Source of the DNA: the human T2T-CHM13v2.0 reference genome, Homo sapiens
Strand: one strand, 5' to 3'
Assembly (NCBI RefSeq): GCF_009914755.1
Contig: NC_060925.1
DNA length: 64,000 nt
The position numbers were made by a program, and so were the translations under genes. Positions 28,440-46,955 of the stretch are shown here, one piece after another. A model generated the notes under the pieces. That model searched no databases and was not told the origin of the DNA. It saw only the letters and a program-made list of their open reading frames with translations. The number at the start of each line of letters is the position of its first letter. Positions within the stretch are counted from its first letter, which is position 1.

Positions 28440-29367
28440 GCCTCTCAGCCGGCTCACTACCCCTGGCAGGCAGGCAGCTGGGAGGGGAAAAGGCTAGGCG
28501 GAGAGAGCAGGAGCCGGGGGGCGGAGGGACAGAATTGGAGGGGGGGCCAGCAGGCGGGTGAGGGGGGGCTGAAACAAAGAGCTGCCAATCACCCTGGAGG
28601 CATCATCAGCTCTGGGAACCAGGGGCACTGGGAAAGAATCCTGGAGGCCTCCCTGCTTTCTACCTCTCCCTAATGATCCTCCCCCAGGTGCCTCCCTCTC
28701 CGCAGTCATCATTGTTGGGGGTCTCGGCACACAGCGCTACCGAATGCCACTGTTTTCTGGAAGCCACGATTGTGGAAGGCAAGAACCCCTGGCAGGGGCA
28801 GTGCTAGACAGTGGGCATTATTCCACAGCTGGCAGGAAAGGATGCCAAGGGAGTGGCCGCAACTAGCTTGCTATAGTGCCCAGGGATGCCCACATGGCAT
28901 GAATTTTGCTGTTCTGGCGGAGCAAGTGCTCTTTATTAGGGTGGGGGGTCCCCTGACAAGTGCCTGTTTCTCCATTTTCCCTCATTCGTAGGAAAGCTTG
29001 GGAGTCTGGAAGCGTCTGACGGGAACTGAAGGGAGAATCTAAAGCAGTGGTCAGTGAGGTCAGAGTGAAGAAACCAAAAAAGAGGAAAGGGACACCAGGG
29101 ACAGGCGCAGAAGACCAGGGGTACAGGCGAGGAGCCAAGGACCAGACTGTGGAACACTGTGGGTACTAGCGGACGGGCCGTGACCCGGATGAAGCAGAGG
29201 GGCGCCTGAGTTCCCGTCACCTAAGCGACAGCCTGCGAGCCTCTCTTCCCCTCCCCCACCCAAGCCCCAGCCCGGCCTCCGCTCCGGCCGCCGCCACCGC
29301 CCCTGTTTTGTTTCCATGGCGACAGGCGGCGCAGGGCCCGCTCCAAACATAACGCGCTGTGGAAAAC
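28440..29367. promoter_or_regulatory. Shared divergent THBS3/MTX1 promoter region
   Basis: Head-to-head ATGs about 930 bp apart; GC boxes, CpG-rich; X-box GTTTCCATGGCGAC 29310-29323. Confidence 0.8.
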
Positions 29368-32300
29368 ATGCTGCTCGGGGGACCCCCCCGCAGTCCCCGC
29401 TCGGGGACGAGCCCCAAGGGGCCCTGGAGCAGTACAGGCCACGTGCAGTTTGGCAAGAGCCCCCAGACCTGGCCCAGGCGCACAAGACCCCGCTCTCCAG
29501 AGCCTGCCGCGCCTTCAGGGGTTCGGGGCTCCACTTGGACGAGGCGCCGTGACTCTCCGAGGCGCGCCGGGCCGACAGCGCTGTCCCGCTACGTGGGCCA
29601 CCTCTGGATGGGCCGGCGGCCGCCCTCCCCCGAGGCCCGCGGCCCAGTCCCCCGCAGTTCAGCTGCCAGTCGGGCCAGAAGAAGCCTCGCCTCCCCGGGG
29701 ATCTCCCCAGGCCCCCTGACCGCAACGATCGGAGGGGCGGTGGCGGGGGGCGGGCCCAGGCAGGGGAGGGCAGAAGCACACAAGGAAGTGTTTCCGGGAC
29801 AGAGGGTGGGCAAGATGGCGGCGCCCATGGAGCTGTTCTGCTGGTCAGGGGGCTGGGGGCTGCCGTCAGTGGACCTGGACAGCCTGGCCGTGCTGGTGAG
29901 GGGTGGCGCCGGCGCCCTCTGCTGTGCCCTGATGACTGGGGAGGGGGCCGAACTAGCCAAGCATCCAAACCTTGCCAGGGCTACTCAGCACGGGCGCAGT
30001 GGGGGAAACTGAGGCAGTCAAAGAGCGTACGTGGCCGATATGGCCTCAGTGCCCTATGCTGTAGTTTTCTAGGCTTAATGCAGCAATGAAAAGACGCCTG
30101 GTTGGGAGTTCAGGTGATGGGTTCTAGTCCTTGCTCATCCATTCACTGGCTGTGTGACCTTGCGGAGATCCTTTCTCTTTGGGCATTTTTTTTCTCCATT
30201 CGGAGGTTTACTAGGCTGGACTGTCTCAGGGACCTACTCTAGCTTGGAATTCCTGCCTTCTCCTCAGCCCCCTTCTCCTCTTCCTCCTCACTTAACAGCA
30301 TTTACTGAGGCTATTGTTTGTTAGACCAAACGACTCACAGCCAGGCTTTGTATAAAGAGCTTAGCAATCAGACTTCCTTTGCTTCATTTATTCATTGACT
30401 CCTTGCTTTAAAGAGGATCTATTAGATTTCTTCCAAATATTAAACATTGCCAGGCAAAGATGAATAAAATTTGGTTCCTCCCTTCGAGTTTACAGAAAGG
30501 CAGATAGGTAAGCAAATAAATATAATAAAATATTCACATATAAGTTAAAGTAGGAACAGACCACAGATACTGCCAAAGAGAAGGGCATTATCAGTGCTTC
30601 CAAGAAGAGGGATACTGGTTAGGAAAAGCTTCTGAGGATAGATGTTCACCAGGTAGATGGCAAGAGAGGAGATAGAGGAAAGGATTTTCCTGGCTGTCCT
30701 GTAATCACAGACATGTCCGGAATCTCTCTGAGCCCTGTGTTGTCCATTTGTAAAATAGAAATGGTAGTGACTCCCCCTTTTTTTTCGAGACTAAGATACT
30801 AAGTATAGGGAATGGCACATAAGGTATTCAATAAATGTTATTTCTCTTCTTGATACCACTGTGGGGGACATGGCTCTGCCTCTCTGACTTCTGCTTCCTT
30901 CCCTGCAGACCTATGCCAGATTTACTGGTGCTCCACTGAAGGTACACAAGATCAGCAACCCCTGGCAGAGCCCTTCAGGTACCCAGTATCCCTTGGGGGT
31001 AAGGAAGGGTGTGTACAAGGGGAGAAGCAAGAAATAGGCAGGAATGTGTTGCAACTATGTATGACTAGGCAGCTAAGGGTCTGGTTGGTATACTTCCCTC
31101 TCAATATCAGGAACTCTGCCTGCCCTTCGGACCAGTCATGGAGAGGTCATCTCAGTTCCACACAAGATCATCACCCACCTTCGAAAAGAGGTAGGTGACT
31201 TGGATAGAGGGGGCTGCCAGTGAGAGAAGTTCAGTCAATTCTATACAATACACATTTATTGAGCACCAGATATATGCCATGCTAGATGCAGGTGACCCAG
31301 AGCATCAAGGAGCAACAGTCTTGTGGCAGAGACACACACAATGTCACTGTGATGTATTAAAGCAGTCGGCAAGAGATGAAACTTAGGGCACTGTGAGGCA
31401 GGGAGGGAGAGGAGCACAGGCTGAAGGAGAGTGGAAGACAGCAGTTGGCCTCTGATGGTGGGACTGGAGAGAGATTTCTAAGGGCCACTTCCTGTTTTCA
31501 GGGACTAGGTTGGGCTAGATATGGGGCTCAGGATGGACAAGGCTTAGAGCCAGGTTGGAGAAGATGAAAGAGCATTACTAGAGGAGTGGGGAGGCCTAGG
31601 CTATGCTCTTTACTCTGCCATTGACTATGTGATCTCGGGCAGGCCATGTAACCTCTCAGGGCTGTGCACTCCCTTATTTGTAAAACTAGAGGGCTGGGCC
31701 AGCATGTTTTCCAAGGGTTCTTCTAGCATTGACGGTCAGGTTCCAAGAGGGAACAGTGTCAGAAGTAGGACACTCTTCCTCATTTCTAACTTCCCAAAGG
31801 TTGAGGACCTGGGGAATTAATTGAGAGGCCTGGAAAGAGAGGATCCAGATAAAAGCCAAAGTTCCTGGCAGAGCCGAGGCCACTGCCCTGATTGCTTAGG
31901 TGTGAACAGAGCTTTTCCAGTTTCCAAAGTATTCTAAATTATTTCCTAACACAGGGGCATTCAGAGAAAGAGATTCTTACCCCCATTCCACAGGGGAGAA
32001 ACTGAGGCTTAGGGAGATTTAAGGATCATGCTGAAGAGGTTATCTGGGGACAAAGCTTACTCAGGATGTGGAGGGGGATGCTGAGGAACAGGGACTGGAG
32101 CCTGGGAAGGTAGGGCAGGCTGAGACCTGGGGGTATGGGTGGAATGTGTATGTGGTAATGGTGTCTGAGCGATGGAATGAAGTGAAAGAAATAGCCAAGA
32201 GCTGGGCACTGAGGGAACAAGCTGGGGGGCCCTGGGCGTGGGTTCCCTGGATCCAGGGAGTGTGAGGATGGCTTTCTCTGGTTCCTGAGGCATGGACCGA

Positions 32301-34261
32301 GTCCTAGCCTGCATCTGAGCTCCGTTGTGCTAGCTTTGTGGTGTCTGGGTCGGGGAAGTTACTGTTAGAAAGTTGCCGTCAGCGGGCGTTGTTCCAGCTT
32401 TCCATGGAAATTCTGGGAGCTGCTCCTAGTTTGCGGCGGAGCCTTCCTTCCTTCCCTGCATTGGGCGCTGGACCTTCACGGCCAGGAGGCTCCAAGGCCC
32501 AGGCTTTTCGCCAACAGCAACAGGCTACTGGCTGGGCCCAGGCAAGGGGGCCTTGGCAGGAAAAGTTCCTTGCTGTACCTCCACTGCACTCAGAGGCCAG
32601 TGAGGGGGGTACCAGACAGGACTCCTTCCTCCCTGGTGAAGTGCCCTTGCAGCTCCCTAGTGTCCACGCCATGGATATTTCCTCCACAGAAGTACAATGC
32701 TGATTATGATCTGTCAGCTCGGCAAGGGGCAGACACCCTGGCCTTCATGTCTCTCCTGGAGGAGAAGTTGCTCCCGGTGCTGGTGAGTGTGCCCAGACCT
32801 CCCAGCATCCATGGCCAGCCGGGGAGGGTTCGGGAACACACAGACCCACACACAGGCTCAGGAAAGCATGGGGGTCAGAAGCCCACCTTGAATCAGACAG
32901 GTGCACTGGCTCAGACCTACCTGTTTCTTCCTGCCCACCCAATCCAGGTACATACTTTTTGGATAGACACCAAGAACTACGTGGAAGTGACCCGGAAGTG
33001 GTATGCAGAGGCTATGCCCTTTCCCCTCAACTTCTTCCTGCCTGGCCGCATGCAGCGGCAGTACATGGAACGGCTACAGCTGCTGACTGGGGAGCACAGG
33101 CCTGAGGACGAGGAAGAGCTGGAGAAGGAGGTAGCTCTGAGACCGGGGGCTATTGTATGAGATGAGCCCCAAGGATGCTGGCCAGGAATGGGAGTGCTTA
33201 GGTGGGGAGGTGGCACTGTTCCCACAGCTGCAAGCCTACCTGTGTCGCCCCTACAGCTGTACCGAGAGGCTCGGGAGTGTCTGACCCTGCTCTCTCAGCG
33301 CCTGGGCTCTCAAAAGTTCTTCTTTGGAGATGCGTGAGTCTGACTCCAAGAGGGTAATGGGTGGCTTGGAAGAAGATACAGGTTCAGATGGAGCAGCTGG
33401 AGCTGGGGCTGGGGCTGGGGCTGGCTCAGGCTCTGGATAGGAGGTCCCTGGGATAGAAACTGGCCCTAGTGACAGTGTGACTGTGTGGGGGCCAGAGCCT
33501 TCTCAGAGGTACAAAAGGGTAGGGTGGGAGGGCAGCCAGGCACAGGAGGGGCCTGAAGAGCTGTGGGGCACTGAATGTGCCCTTTATGCAGCCCTGGGAT
33601 AGAGCCCTATTCAGGGCCAGGCTGGCGCCACCTGGGGATCTCTCCCCATACCAGGTCTAGAACTGTGTGTCCTGTCCTTCCCTGGTGGCCGCCTGCTGCC
33701 CAGAGCCCACCTCCCAAGGCTGACTCTTCCTCCAGCTCCATCTTTACCCCTTCTACCCCAGTGGTTCTCCTCCATCCCACCCTTCTCTCTCTGCTCCAGC
33801 CCTGCCTCCTTGGACGCCTTCGTCTTCAGCTACTTGGCCCTGCTGCTGCAGGCAAAGCTGCCCAGTGGGAAGCTGCAGGTCCACCTGCGTGGGCTGCACA
33901 ACCTCTGTGCCTATTGTACCCACATTCTCAGTCTCTACTTCCCCTGGGATGGAGGTAAGGGGCAGATGGGAGGGGCAGCCCTGGGGAGAGTGGGCAGGGA
34001 TCCAAGAACTAGTTCTCCTAACACACCTTCCTTCCTTGACCCTCAGCTGAGGTACCACCGCAACGCCAGACACCAGCAGGCCCAGAGACTGAGGAGGAGC
34101 CATACCGGCGCCGGAACCAGATCCTATCTGTGCTGGCAGGACTGGCAGCCATGGTGGGCTACGCCTTGCTCAGCGGCATTGTCTCCATCCAGCGGGCAAC
34201 GCCTGCTCGGGCCCCAGGCACCCGGACCCTGGGCATGGCTGAGGAGGATGAAGAGGAATGA
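29368..34261 (+). CDS. MTX1: Metaxin-1, mitochondrial outer-membrane import factor (466 aa; 317 aa from ATG 29815)
   Basis: Exons 29368-29895, 30909-30978, 31111-31190, 32690-32782, 32948-33130, 33257-33333, 33800-33954, 34047-34261 sum to 1401 nt; [23 protein letters not shown]-like domain, C-terminal TM. Confidence 0.97.
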
Positions 34262-34366
34262 TTTGTCCTCACGCTCCCAAGACTGGTTTTTCTACTCTCA
34301 TGCATTCCAGAGGCCCCCGTGCCTCCTCGTTGTTGGTACAGCCGGACACGGGGTGCTGCCACCCAG

Positions 34367-34372
34367 AATAAA
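34367..34372 (+). terminator. MTX1 polyadenylation signal AATAAA
   Basis: AATAAA about 105 nt after the stop; paralogous copy at 54988-54993. Confidence 0.85.
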
Positions 34373-34930
34373 GCCACTCACACTGACTGGGCTCAAACAT
34401 TTTCTCCTTTAAGAGCTGCCATTTTTCCTGGCTGGTGCCATAGGAATCATCTGGGTGCCTGGGCACACCCGCTGCTGCTTTAAGGCTTCCGCCCTGATGC
34501 TGACACTGCTGCTCCACGGGCCCAGTTCTGCATCTCCAGGAAAGACAAACAGTCTCCAGTTTTGGGCCCAGCTTTCCTAGTCTCTTCTTTTCCTTACCCT
34601 CAGCCCTGATCTTGTGTTTGTACGGACAGTGAGCTCACCCTAGGCCTGGACCCAGGCCCAGTTTCCAAAGCAAGCAGCACACAGCGCATGTTCACATAAG
34701 CATGGGGGCTGGGGGGACACTGGGGCTTACTGATCTTTTTCTAGGGGCCTCCAGCCCCTGGCACCACCTAGAGGGGAAAGTGAGTCACCCAAACCATTGC
34801 CCCTGGGCTTACGTCGCTGTAAGCTCACGCTGGCCCTGTTGTGCCCTCTTTAGTCACAGACAGCGTGTGAGCTGACTCTGTCCCTTTAATGCCCAGGCTG
34901 AGCCCAGTGCCTCCTTGAGTATCTGCTCCA

Positions 34931-39437
<4,507 letters not shown>

Positions 39438-39593
39438 CACCTCAGGGTCACTAGATGAGGAGAAGAGCACAGGGGTTCCAGAGTCTCTGAAGGATAGAGG
39501 ATCCACTAAACAAAAACAAGGATGCAGGTACCTGCCATAGCTATAGGCACTAGGTTACTCCTGCAAGTAATTCTGGCTTCCCAATGTGGATGG

Positions 39594-39633
39594 GTCATGT
39601 GATGACTAGGAGAGTCACATGACACAGGAAGTG
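39594..39633 (-). promoter_or_regulatory. GBAP1 proximal promoter with two CLEAR/E-box motifs and an ETS site
   Basis: GTCATGTGAT 39594-39603, GTCACATGAC 39614-39623, CAGGAAGTG. Confidence 0.75.
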
Positions 39634-41410
39634 AGGCAATTGCAGCCATATTTCTAAAGGGCAATTGGCTTCCTCCGAGTTGTTACAGATTATACACCCT
39701 ATAAAATTCTGGAGGGTATATGTGAATGACAACTTTAGGAAGAGCCTAGAATACGAAAGACAGACTTGGATGGAGAATCGGGTAAAGATTCCTAAATCCC
39801 AGAGGATGGGAACCACAGCAGGCACGCTGCTTTTTTGATAAAAATTTCAAAATGATACAAATAAAGCTAATACCAAAAAAAAAACAAAGAACAAAAACAA
39901 AAAAACCTTCATTGCACAACATGCTGAGGCTACCGTGATGTTTAAGACACAGTCTTTGCCCTATAGAGGTGCATGAAGCATGGAAGTCAGACACAGATAT
40001 TTACAGGTAAAAACAGAAACAGTAACAGGTGTGCATGGAGAGCTCTCTGAGATGAGGAGGGACCATTCGTGGGTGGGGAATTATCCAGGATGCCTTCAAC
40101 ACAGGAAAAAGTGAGGGGGGTTATTAGCCAGTGAAGTGTAGGGCGCAAGGAGGGTGGGACACTGGCAGTGGGGTGGCAGGACTGGAGGGAGGGGAGTGGT
40201 CAGCTTGGCTCCCCTGCAGCACCCCTCATTTACTCATTAAGGGCCTCGGAGAGTCACATGACACAGGCAGTGAGGCAATTGCAGCCATATCTCTAAAGGG
40301 CAATTGGCTTCCAGATGCAGATTGTAATAACTGTTCTTCCTTCCTCACAGGACAGTGAGGTTTTAAAGTAGTTCAGAAACCAGAAAGTGTTGTAAAAGGC
40401 CATATGCTTAGTGGACATGTGAAGGAAGTTGTCCATGCCATTTGCCTCATGAACCACATCAAATGAGATTTGGTGGGAGTGGCACACACAGTCATGACCA
40501 GACTAACCCCAGCTCTCAGCCTATTTCCTCACCTAGAAAATGGAGGCAATGCCACAACCTCAAAGGGGTCAGTGAGGTAAATGCAGTGCCTGGCAACTTG
40601 GGAGGCGCCTGGGAACTATTTGTCTGTTGTTTGTATCTTTTTTTGTACAGTTTTAGTGAGACGGCAAGGTTGGAATCCTTGCTACACCATTTACTGGCTG
40701 TTTGACCTTCAGTAAATCAATCACTCTAAGCCTCTATTTCATCTATAAAAGGGGAGTGATAACTCCTACCTCATAGAACTGTTGTGAGGTTTGAGTGTGA
40801 TAATGTGTCTCTAGTACACTGCTTGACACTAAACATTGCAACATGTCAGGCCTCTGTTCCTGGAGTTCCTTGAAGGAATGTCTTACACATTCTAAATATC
40901 CTTGTAGACAGCCTGGCACAGGGGTAGTTGTCAAGTTGTAGAATTGAACTAGTTGCTTCACTATGTCAGTAGCCACCCCTTCCAGACTTCCTGCTTTTCT
41001 CTTTTTTTTTTGTTTTTTTGAGATGTTGTCTCACTCTGTCACCCAGTCTGGAGTGCAGTGGCCGATCTCAGCTCACCGCAACCTCTGCCTCCCAGGTTCA
41101 AGCAATTCTCCTGCCTCAGCCTCCCAAGTAGTTGGGACTACAGGCACGCACCACCACGCCCGGCTAATTTTTGTATTTTAGTAGAGATGGGGTTTCACCA
41201 TGTTAGCCAGACTGGTCTCAATCTCCTGACCTCAGGTGATTCGCACACTTTGGCCTCCCAAAGGGCTGGGATTACAGGCGTGAGCCACAGCACCCGGCCT
41301 GACTTCCTGCTCTTCAAGGAAACGTTGCACAGGATTTGTTCTGGGTAGGGCAGGTAATTATCTAGTACCTTACTTCCCTCAAATTCATTCATCTCACAGA
41401 TATTTCCTGA

Positions 41411-41704
<294 letters not shown>

Positions 41705-42371
41705 TAGTAGAGACAGGGTTTCACTATGTTAGCCAGGATGGTCTCCATCTCCTGACCTCGTGATCTGCTGGCCTCAGCTTCCCAAAGTGCTGGGATTACA
41801 GGCGTGAGCCACCACGCCCAGCCTAGTGTCTGTATTTTTTGTAGAAATAGGGTCTTGCTATGTTGTGCAGGTTGGTCTCAAACTCCTAAACCCAAAGGAT
41901 CTCCTGCCTCGGCTTTGCAGAGTTCTAGGATTACACGCACAAGGCACCATGCCCGCCCCTCTTTTCTTCTTTTTATACTTCATTTTGTAAAATTTTTCCA
42001 GGGTGGCTGGGCACGGTAGCTCATGCCTATAATCCCAGCACTTTGGGAGGCTGAGGCAGTGGATAGCTTGAGGACAGGTGTTCATGGCCAACATGGCAAA
42101 ATCCCATCTGAAATGAAAATACAAAAATTAGCTGGGTGTGGTGGTGCACGCCTGTAATCCCAGCTACTTGGGAAGCTGAGGTACGAGAATCACTTGAACC
42201 CAGGAGTCAGAGGTTGCAGAGACCCAAGATTGTGCCACTGCACTCCAGCCTGGGAGACAGAGTAACACTCTGTTTCAAAAAAAAAAAATTTCCAAGGTGG
42301 ATATTATTTCACATTTCATATTTCCTGTACAATGTGATTTGTCCTTGAGGATTTTCTATTTTATTTTCTAA

Positions 42372-42794
<423 letters not shown>

Positions 42795-44438
42795 TGATTC
42801 ACCCGCCTCGGCCTCCCAAAGTCCTGAGATTACAGGCATGAGCCACCATGCCCGGCCCTGATTGGGCTTTTTCTACAAAAAATTCTTGTGAAACTTTTCT
42901 GCAATATTTTATAATAAAGTCCTACTGATTTATATTTGATTTTATATTTGTAAGTCAGGTGAAATGAGTGAATTCTTCCTTGTGTATGAATGTACTACAT
43001 GTTGCAGAATGTCTACCTTTCCTGGGCTCCATCCACTAAATTCTCAAAGTGCCTCCTAATCATTGTCTCTATTAAAGATGCCCCACAAATTTCCAAAATG
43101 CCCCTAGGGTGTGCCTGAGAGCCACTACCCTAGGTGCCTCTCTTCAAACACCTAGGCCTCACTGCAGTGGCCAATAGGGGCATACTAGGTGGCCACAATC
43201 ACGTTCCTCTGTCCCCTTTGTATAGCACTTGAAAAAGAGTTTGCTAAGGCCTGGTACGGTGGCTCATGCCTGTAACCCCATCATTTTAAGAAGCTGAGAC
43301 AAGAGGATCCCTTGAGGCCAGGAGTTCAAGACCAGCCTGGGCAACATAGAGAGACTCCGTCTTTACAAATATATATATATATTTATTTATTTATTTTTAT
43401 TTTTTTTGGTAGAAAAGGGGTCTCCAGTGGCCGGGCGCAGTGGCTCATGCCTGTAATCCCAGCACTTTGGGAAGCTGAGGCGGGCAGATCACGAGGTCAG
43501 GAGATGGAGACCATCCTGGATAACACAGTGAAACCCTGTCTCTACTAAACCCCATCTCTATTAAAAATACAAAAAATTAGCCGGGCATGGTGGTGGGCAC
43601 CTGTAATCCTAGCTACTCGGGAATCTGAGGCAGGAGAATCGTTTGAACCCGAGGTGGATGTTGCAGTGAGCCGAGACGCGCCACTGCACTCCAGCCTGAG
43701 TGACAGAGCAAGACTCTGACTCAGAAAAACAAGCAAACAAAAAAAGACAGCTATATACCTAGGGAAGACATAAATATAAGTGAAAAGCAGAAGTACAAAA
43801 ATAGTTCGGCTGACCCAGCAGCAATTTTGATCCCATCCCAGCAAGACCTGTCTTGGAGTGTAGGTCTGGCTCAGATAGCAAACTCCAGCCCTTTCACACT
43901 GACAGGTATCATATCACAGGCTCCTAGGTCTTTAGGTCCCATGGAGAGTGCCACTCCCAGTTCCACTGTTAGTTACTTCTATGGTCTGTGTTCAAGTCAA
44001 ATAAAGACATTTGTTCATTCCATGCACAGCACAGAGTAGGTGCTCAAAAAAGTACTTTTTATACAGATGAATGAACAACTACTACCAGTTAACCTAGAAC
44101 CTGTCCTTTCAGCTCTAGTTTTTAATTGTAATTTTATTTTATTTTAGAGACAGGGTCTTGGCACAATCACAATTCACTGCAGCTTTGACCTCTCAGGCTC
44201 AATTGGATCCTCCCACCTCAGCCTCCATAGTAGCTGGGACTACAGGTACATGCCACCATGCCCAACTAATTTTTGAAATTTATTTTTAGAGATGGGGTCT
44301 TCCTATGTTGCCCAGGCTGGTCTCGAATTCCTGAGGTCAAGCAATCCACCTGCCTCAGCCTCCCAAGGTGCTGGGATTATAGGCGTGAGCCATCACTCAC
44401 CTCTAGTTTCTGGCCTGAGGGTATATTACTCTCCCTGA

Positions 44439-44732
<294 letters not shown>

Positions 44733-45114
44733 TGAGCTCAAGCAATCCTCTTGCCTTGGTTTCCCAAAGTGCTGGAATTACAGGCGTGAGCCACTGAGTC
44801 TGACCTTAGGGTGTGGTTTTACCATTGGATTCATGTGATTTACCAATGCTTCAACAGTAACCACAACATTCAATGTACAGCCCAGTGCAGATGGAAGGTC
44901 CTTGTACCTCATATGATCTCTTCCAATTTTTCGCAAGATAATAGTCAGTCTTTCATGAGTGCTTATTACATGCACTAGCCTGACAACTCTACATTACAGA
45001 TAAGAAAATTAAGACTTAGAGGCCAGACGCGATGGCTCACACCTGTAATCCCAACACTTTGGGAGGCCGAAGCGGGCGGATCACAAGGTTAGGAGATCGA
45101 GACCATCCTGGCTA

Positions 45115-45382
<268 letters not shown>

Positions 45383-45839
45383 CTAATCTAAATTCCAAGC
45401 AGTTCTGAGTCATCAGGTCACACAGACTGCTTCTCACATGCTTCAGGAATGCCTTTTCAGTCTTCCTTAAAGGTTGCAAACAGTTGCAAAGCAAATTTCA
45501 TGGTTCCTGTTTCTTCAAAATCTCAAAGCTCTTCATTCAGCCAGGCATGGTCGCTGGAGCGTGTATATTCAACCACTTGAGAAGATGAGGATCTTTTGAG
45601 CCCAGGAGTTTGAGACGAACCTGGGCAACATAGGGAAAGCCCTGTCACCTAAAAAAATAAATAATACAACCAGCTCTTCATTTAGAGGCAAGCACAAAAT
45701 AGGTGCTCAATGTTTGTTGAATGAGTGAGTTGTTACCAACCATACCCCATTATTCAAGGTCCTGCTTGTCAGTGTTTCAGGAAGTGTTCTTGGCAAAGGA
45801 GTGGTGAACTTCAGGAAGAATGATGCTGACTCCGAACAC

Positions 45840-45840
<1 letters not shown>

Positions 45841-45884
<44 letters not shown>

Positions 45885-45889
45885 CTTAT
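45841..45889. repeat. (TTTA)n tetranucleotide STR, probably the GBA-linked marker ITG6.2
   Basis: About 11 TTTA units; lies about 6.4 kb upstream of the GBAP1 ATG and 9.7 kb downstream of the GBA1 stop, consistent with my recollection of that marker. Confidence 0.7.
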
Positions 45890-45912
45890 TGAGACAGAGT
45901 CTCGCTCTGTAG

Positions 45913-46110
<198 letters not shown>

Positions 46111-46839
46111 TGATCCACCCACCTCGGCCTCCCAAACTGCTGAGATTACAGGCTTGAGCCAGTGTGCCCAGCCTGAACACAATTATTAAAGTCAAAGTGA
46201 GACCTAACAGTGGAACTTTGGTTGCGGCTACAGGAAATATGGATTCAAATACTGAACACCAGCTGGGCACAGTGGCTCACGCCTACAATCCTAGCACTTT
46301 GGGAGGCTAAGGTAGGAGGACAGCAGAGCCCAAGAGTTCGAGACAAACCTGGCCAACATGGTAAAACGAAAAAATTAACCAGGCATGGTGATGCACACCT
46401 GTAGTCTCAGCTGAGGTGGGAGGATCGCCTGAATTGAGGTAGTGGAGGCTGCAGTGAGCTGTGTTCCTGCCACAGCACTCCAGCCTGAGCAACAGAGCAA
46501 GACCTTGTCTCTAAATAAATAAACACAACAAAAATAAAACAAATACTGAGCCAGGTGTGGTGGCTCCTGCCTGTAATCTCAGCACTTTAGGAGGCTGAGA
46601 TGGGCAGATCACTTGAAGTCAGGAGTTCGAGACCAGCCTGGACAACATGATGAAATCTCTACTAAAAATACAAAAATTAGCTGGGACTGATGGCGCTAAT
46701 CCCTGCTACTCAGGAGGCTGAGGCAGAATTGCTTGAACCTGGAAGGCGGAGGCTGCAGTGAGCCAAGATCACCCCCACTGCTCTGGGTTGCAGTGAGCCA
46801 AGATCACACCACCTGGGTGACAGAGCAAGACTGCATCTC

Positions 46840-46955
46840 AAAAAAAAAAAAAAGAAAGAGAAAAGAAAAGAAAGAGAGAGAGAGAGAAGGAAGGAAAGAA
46901 AGAAAGAAAAAGAAAAAGAAAGAAAGAAAGAAAGAGGAAGAAAGAAAAATAAAAG
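46840..46955. repeat. (GAAA/GA)n polypurine tract
   Basis: Expanded Alu tail. Confidence 0.85.

Noticed and set aside
29060-29968. 302-aa ORF antisense to MTX1 exon 1
   Set aside because: CpG-island artefact, low complexity, no domain.
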